From assembly GCA_025451895.1 (NCBI GenBank), contig JANWJP010000091.1:1898-65897 (forward strand): DNA of 64,000 bases, read 5' to 3'. Below are positions 61,359 to 64,000 of the stretch, piece by piece. The number at the start of each line of letters is the position of its first letter. Positions within the stretch are counted from its first letter, which is position 1. Position numbers and translations under genes: made by a program. The notes below the pieces were generated by a model. The model made no database searches. It saw only the letters and a program-made list of their open reading frames with translations, and was not told the DNA's origin. Source of the stretch: Robertmurraya sp. Lineage in GTDB: Bacteria; Bacillota; Bacilli; Bacillales; Cytobacillaceae.

Positions 61359-61667
61359 ATGTACGCAATTATCGAAACAGGCGGTAAGCAAGTAAAGGTG
61401 GAAGAAGGCATGGCCATCTACATCGAAAAGCTTAACGCAGAAGTTGGCGAAACAGTTACTTTTGATAAGGTTTTATTTGTTGGCGGTGAAAACACAAAGG
61501 TCGGCAGCCCTTTAGTGGAAGGCGCTACTGTGACAGGCAAGGTTGAAAAACAAGGACGCGCTAAAAAGATTATCGTTTTCAAATATAAACCTAAGAAAAA
61601 TTATCACAAGAAACAAGGTCATCGTCAGCCGTACACAAAAGTTTTGATCGAAAAGATCAATGCGTAA
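61359..61667 (+). CDS. rplU: 50S ribosomal protein L21
   Basis: [17 protein letters not shown] is the hallmark N-terminus. RBS AAGGAGG. Confidence 0.97.
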   Translation: MYAIIETGGKQVKVEEGMAIYIEKLNAEVGETVTFDKVLFVGGENTKVGSPLVEGATVTGKVEKQGRAKKIIVFKYKPKKNYHKKQGHRQPYTKVLIEKINA

Positions 61668-61679
61668 TGGTGACAGCTG

Positions 61680-62329
<650 letters not shown>

Positions 62330-62330
62330 A

Positions 62331-62365
62331 AACTCTAGCCGGTTACGGTTAGAGTTTTTCTTTTG
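62331..62365 (+). terminator. Intrinsic terminator after rpmA
   Basis: 10-bp stem AACTCTAGCC / GGTTAGAGTT (one G-U pair), loop GGTTAC, then TTTTTCTTTT. Confidence 0.85.
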
Positions 62366-62572
62366 GAGGTAAATGGCGGGTATGTCTCCCTCCCGGAGCA
62401 TTCGCAGTTTGGGGGGCGGGTCAGGCAGATCCGGTATATGATTTTGTGGTCATCCAATGTTTTTTTGCTTTTAATGCTTACGCAATTTTGGATTTCTGCT
62501 ATACTAACAAAAAGAAGACCTTCATATGGAAGGTTCTTCAAACATTTTTAGCGGTTAATTGGGAGTGCATGT

Positions 62573-63121
62573 ATGAATAAACATTGGAATACCCTTGAGG
62601 TACTTAGACATGCCCGTCATGATTGGTTGAATCGGATTCAATTGATAAAAGGATACATAGCTTTAAATAAGGTTGACCGGGTCCGGGAAATACTGGATGA
62701 AATAATTGCCGATGCCCATCAGGAGTCAAAACTTTCCAATATGAATATTCCCGGGTTTGCTTCACTGCTGTTGGTGTATAATTGGGAGAATCATCGGATT
62801 TTTCTCGAATATGAGGTTTTGGACGAGAATTTCGGGAAAGGTCTCACTGTTGACGATCAGTTTTTGACAGAGTGGACAAAAAATTTTCTGGATGTTTTAG
62901 GCACCTCTGTAGATGAAGACGCTGAAAACTACTTAAGTATTACCATTGAACCGGAAGATCAGGGGATTCGTTTCTTTTTTGATTTTCGAGGAAGAATAAT
63001 AAAAGAAGACCTGCTTATGGATTATTTGCGGGAGGATTCTTTCATTGTACAAAAAATTCATGCCTGTAACGAACAGGAGCTTATTATCGAATTATTCCTG
63101 CAATATGCAACATCGGTATGA
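62573..63121 (+). CDS. spo0B: Sporulation initiation phosphotransferase Spo0B
   Basis: LRHARHDWLNRIQLIKGYIAL is the phosphorelay His helix. Position immediately upstream of obg. Confidence 0.88.
   Translation: MNKHWNTLEVLRHARHDWLNRIQLIKGYIALNKVDRVREILDEIIADAHQESKLSNMNIPGFASLLLVYNWENHRIFLEYEVLDENFGKGLTVDDQFLTEWTKNFLDVLGTSVDEDAENYLSITIEPEDQGIRFFFDFRGRIIKEDLLMDYLREDSFIVQKIHACNEQELIIELFLQYATSV

Positions 63122-64000
<879 letters not shown>

Overview
This is a 64-kb chromosomal segment from an endospore-forming Bacillaceae genome. As far as I recall the Bacillus subtilis map, it is collinear with the ilvB-to-obg region: ilvBNC-leuBCD, ysoA, tig, clpX, lonB, lonA, engB, hemAXCDBL, spoVID-ysxE, valS (T-box), folC, [about 16 kb that B. 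subtilis fills only with comC], spoIIB-like, maf, radC, mreBCD, minCD, spoIVFA/FB, rng, rplU-prp-rpmA, spo0B, obg. Nearly all genes are on the + strand. I saw no rRNA, tRNA, CRISPR array, transposase or phage genes.

The standout feature is that radC is split, inside its HNHPSG|D metal-site motif, by a 1,922-nt group II intron (50570..52491).
- The ribozyme looks complete: 5' GUGCG, EBS1/EBS2 hexamers complementary to the last 12 nt of exon 1, an 11-nt GAAA-tetraloop receptor, a textbook domain V, an unpaired A 7 nt from the 3' end, and a 3' AC.
- The intron-encoded protein has lost its reverse-transcriptase catalytic motifs (YADD position reads FGRE) but keeps the maturase X domain.
- Its reading frame has no stop codon inside the intron.

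The segment between folC and the spoIIB-like gene has three parts:
- an inverted cotSA/cotS spore-coat module plus a sugar epimerase;
- a membrane-anchored polyacidic protein, a PRC-barrel protein and a VanW/G5 protein;
- a complete Gram-positive type IV pilus cluster (pilB-T-C-A-D-M-N-O), whose PilB carries tandem MshEN-type c-di-GMP-binding motifs.

Other oddities:
- leuA is absent from the ilv-leu operon.
- A Shine-Dalgarno-led small ORF between clpX and lonB is broken at a G5 run.
- Unusually long, structured spacers interrupt the hem and mre operons.

All family assignments come from reading motifs by eye; no searches were run.
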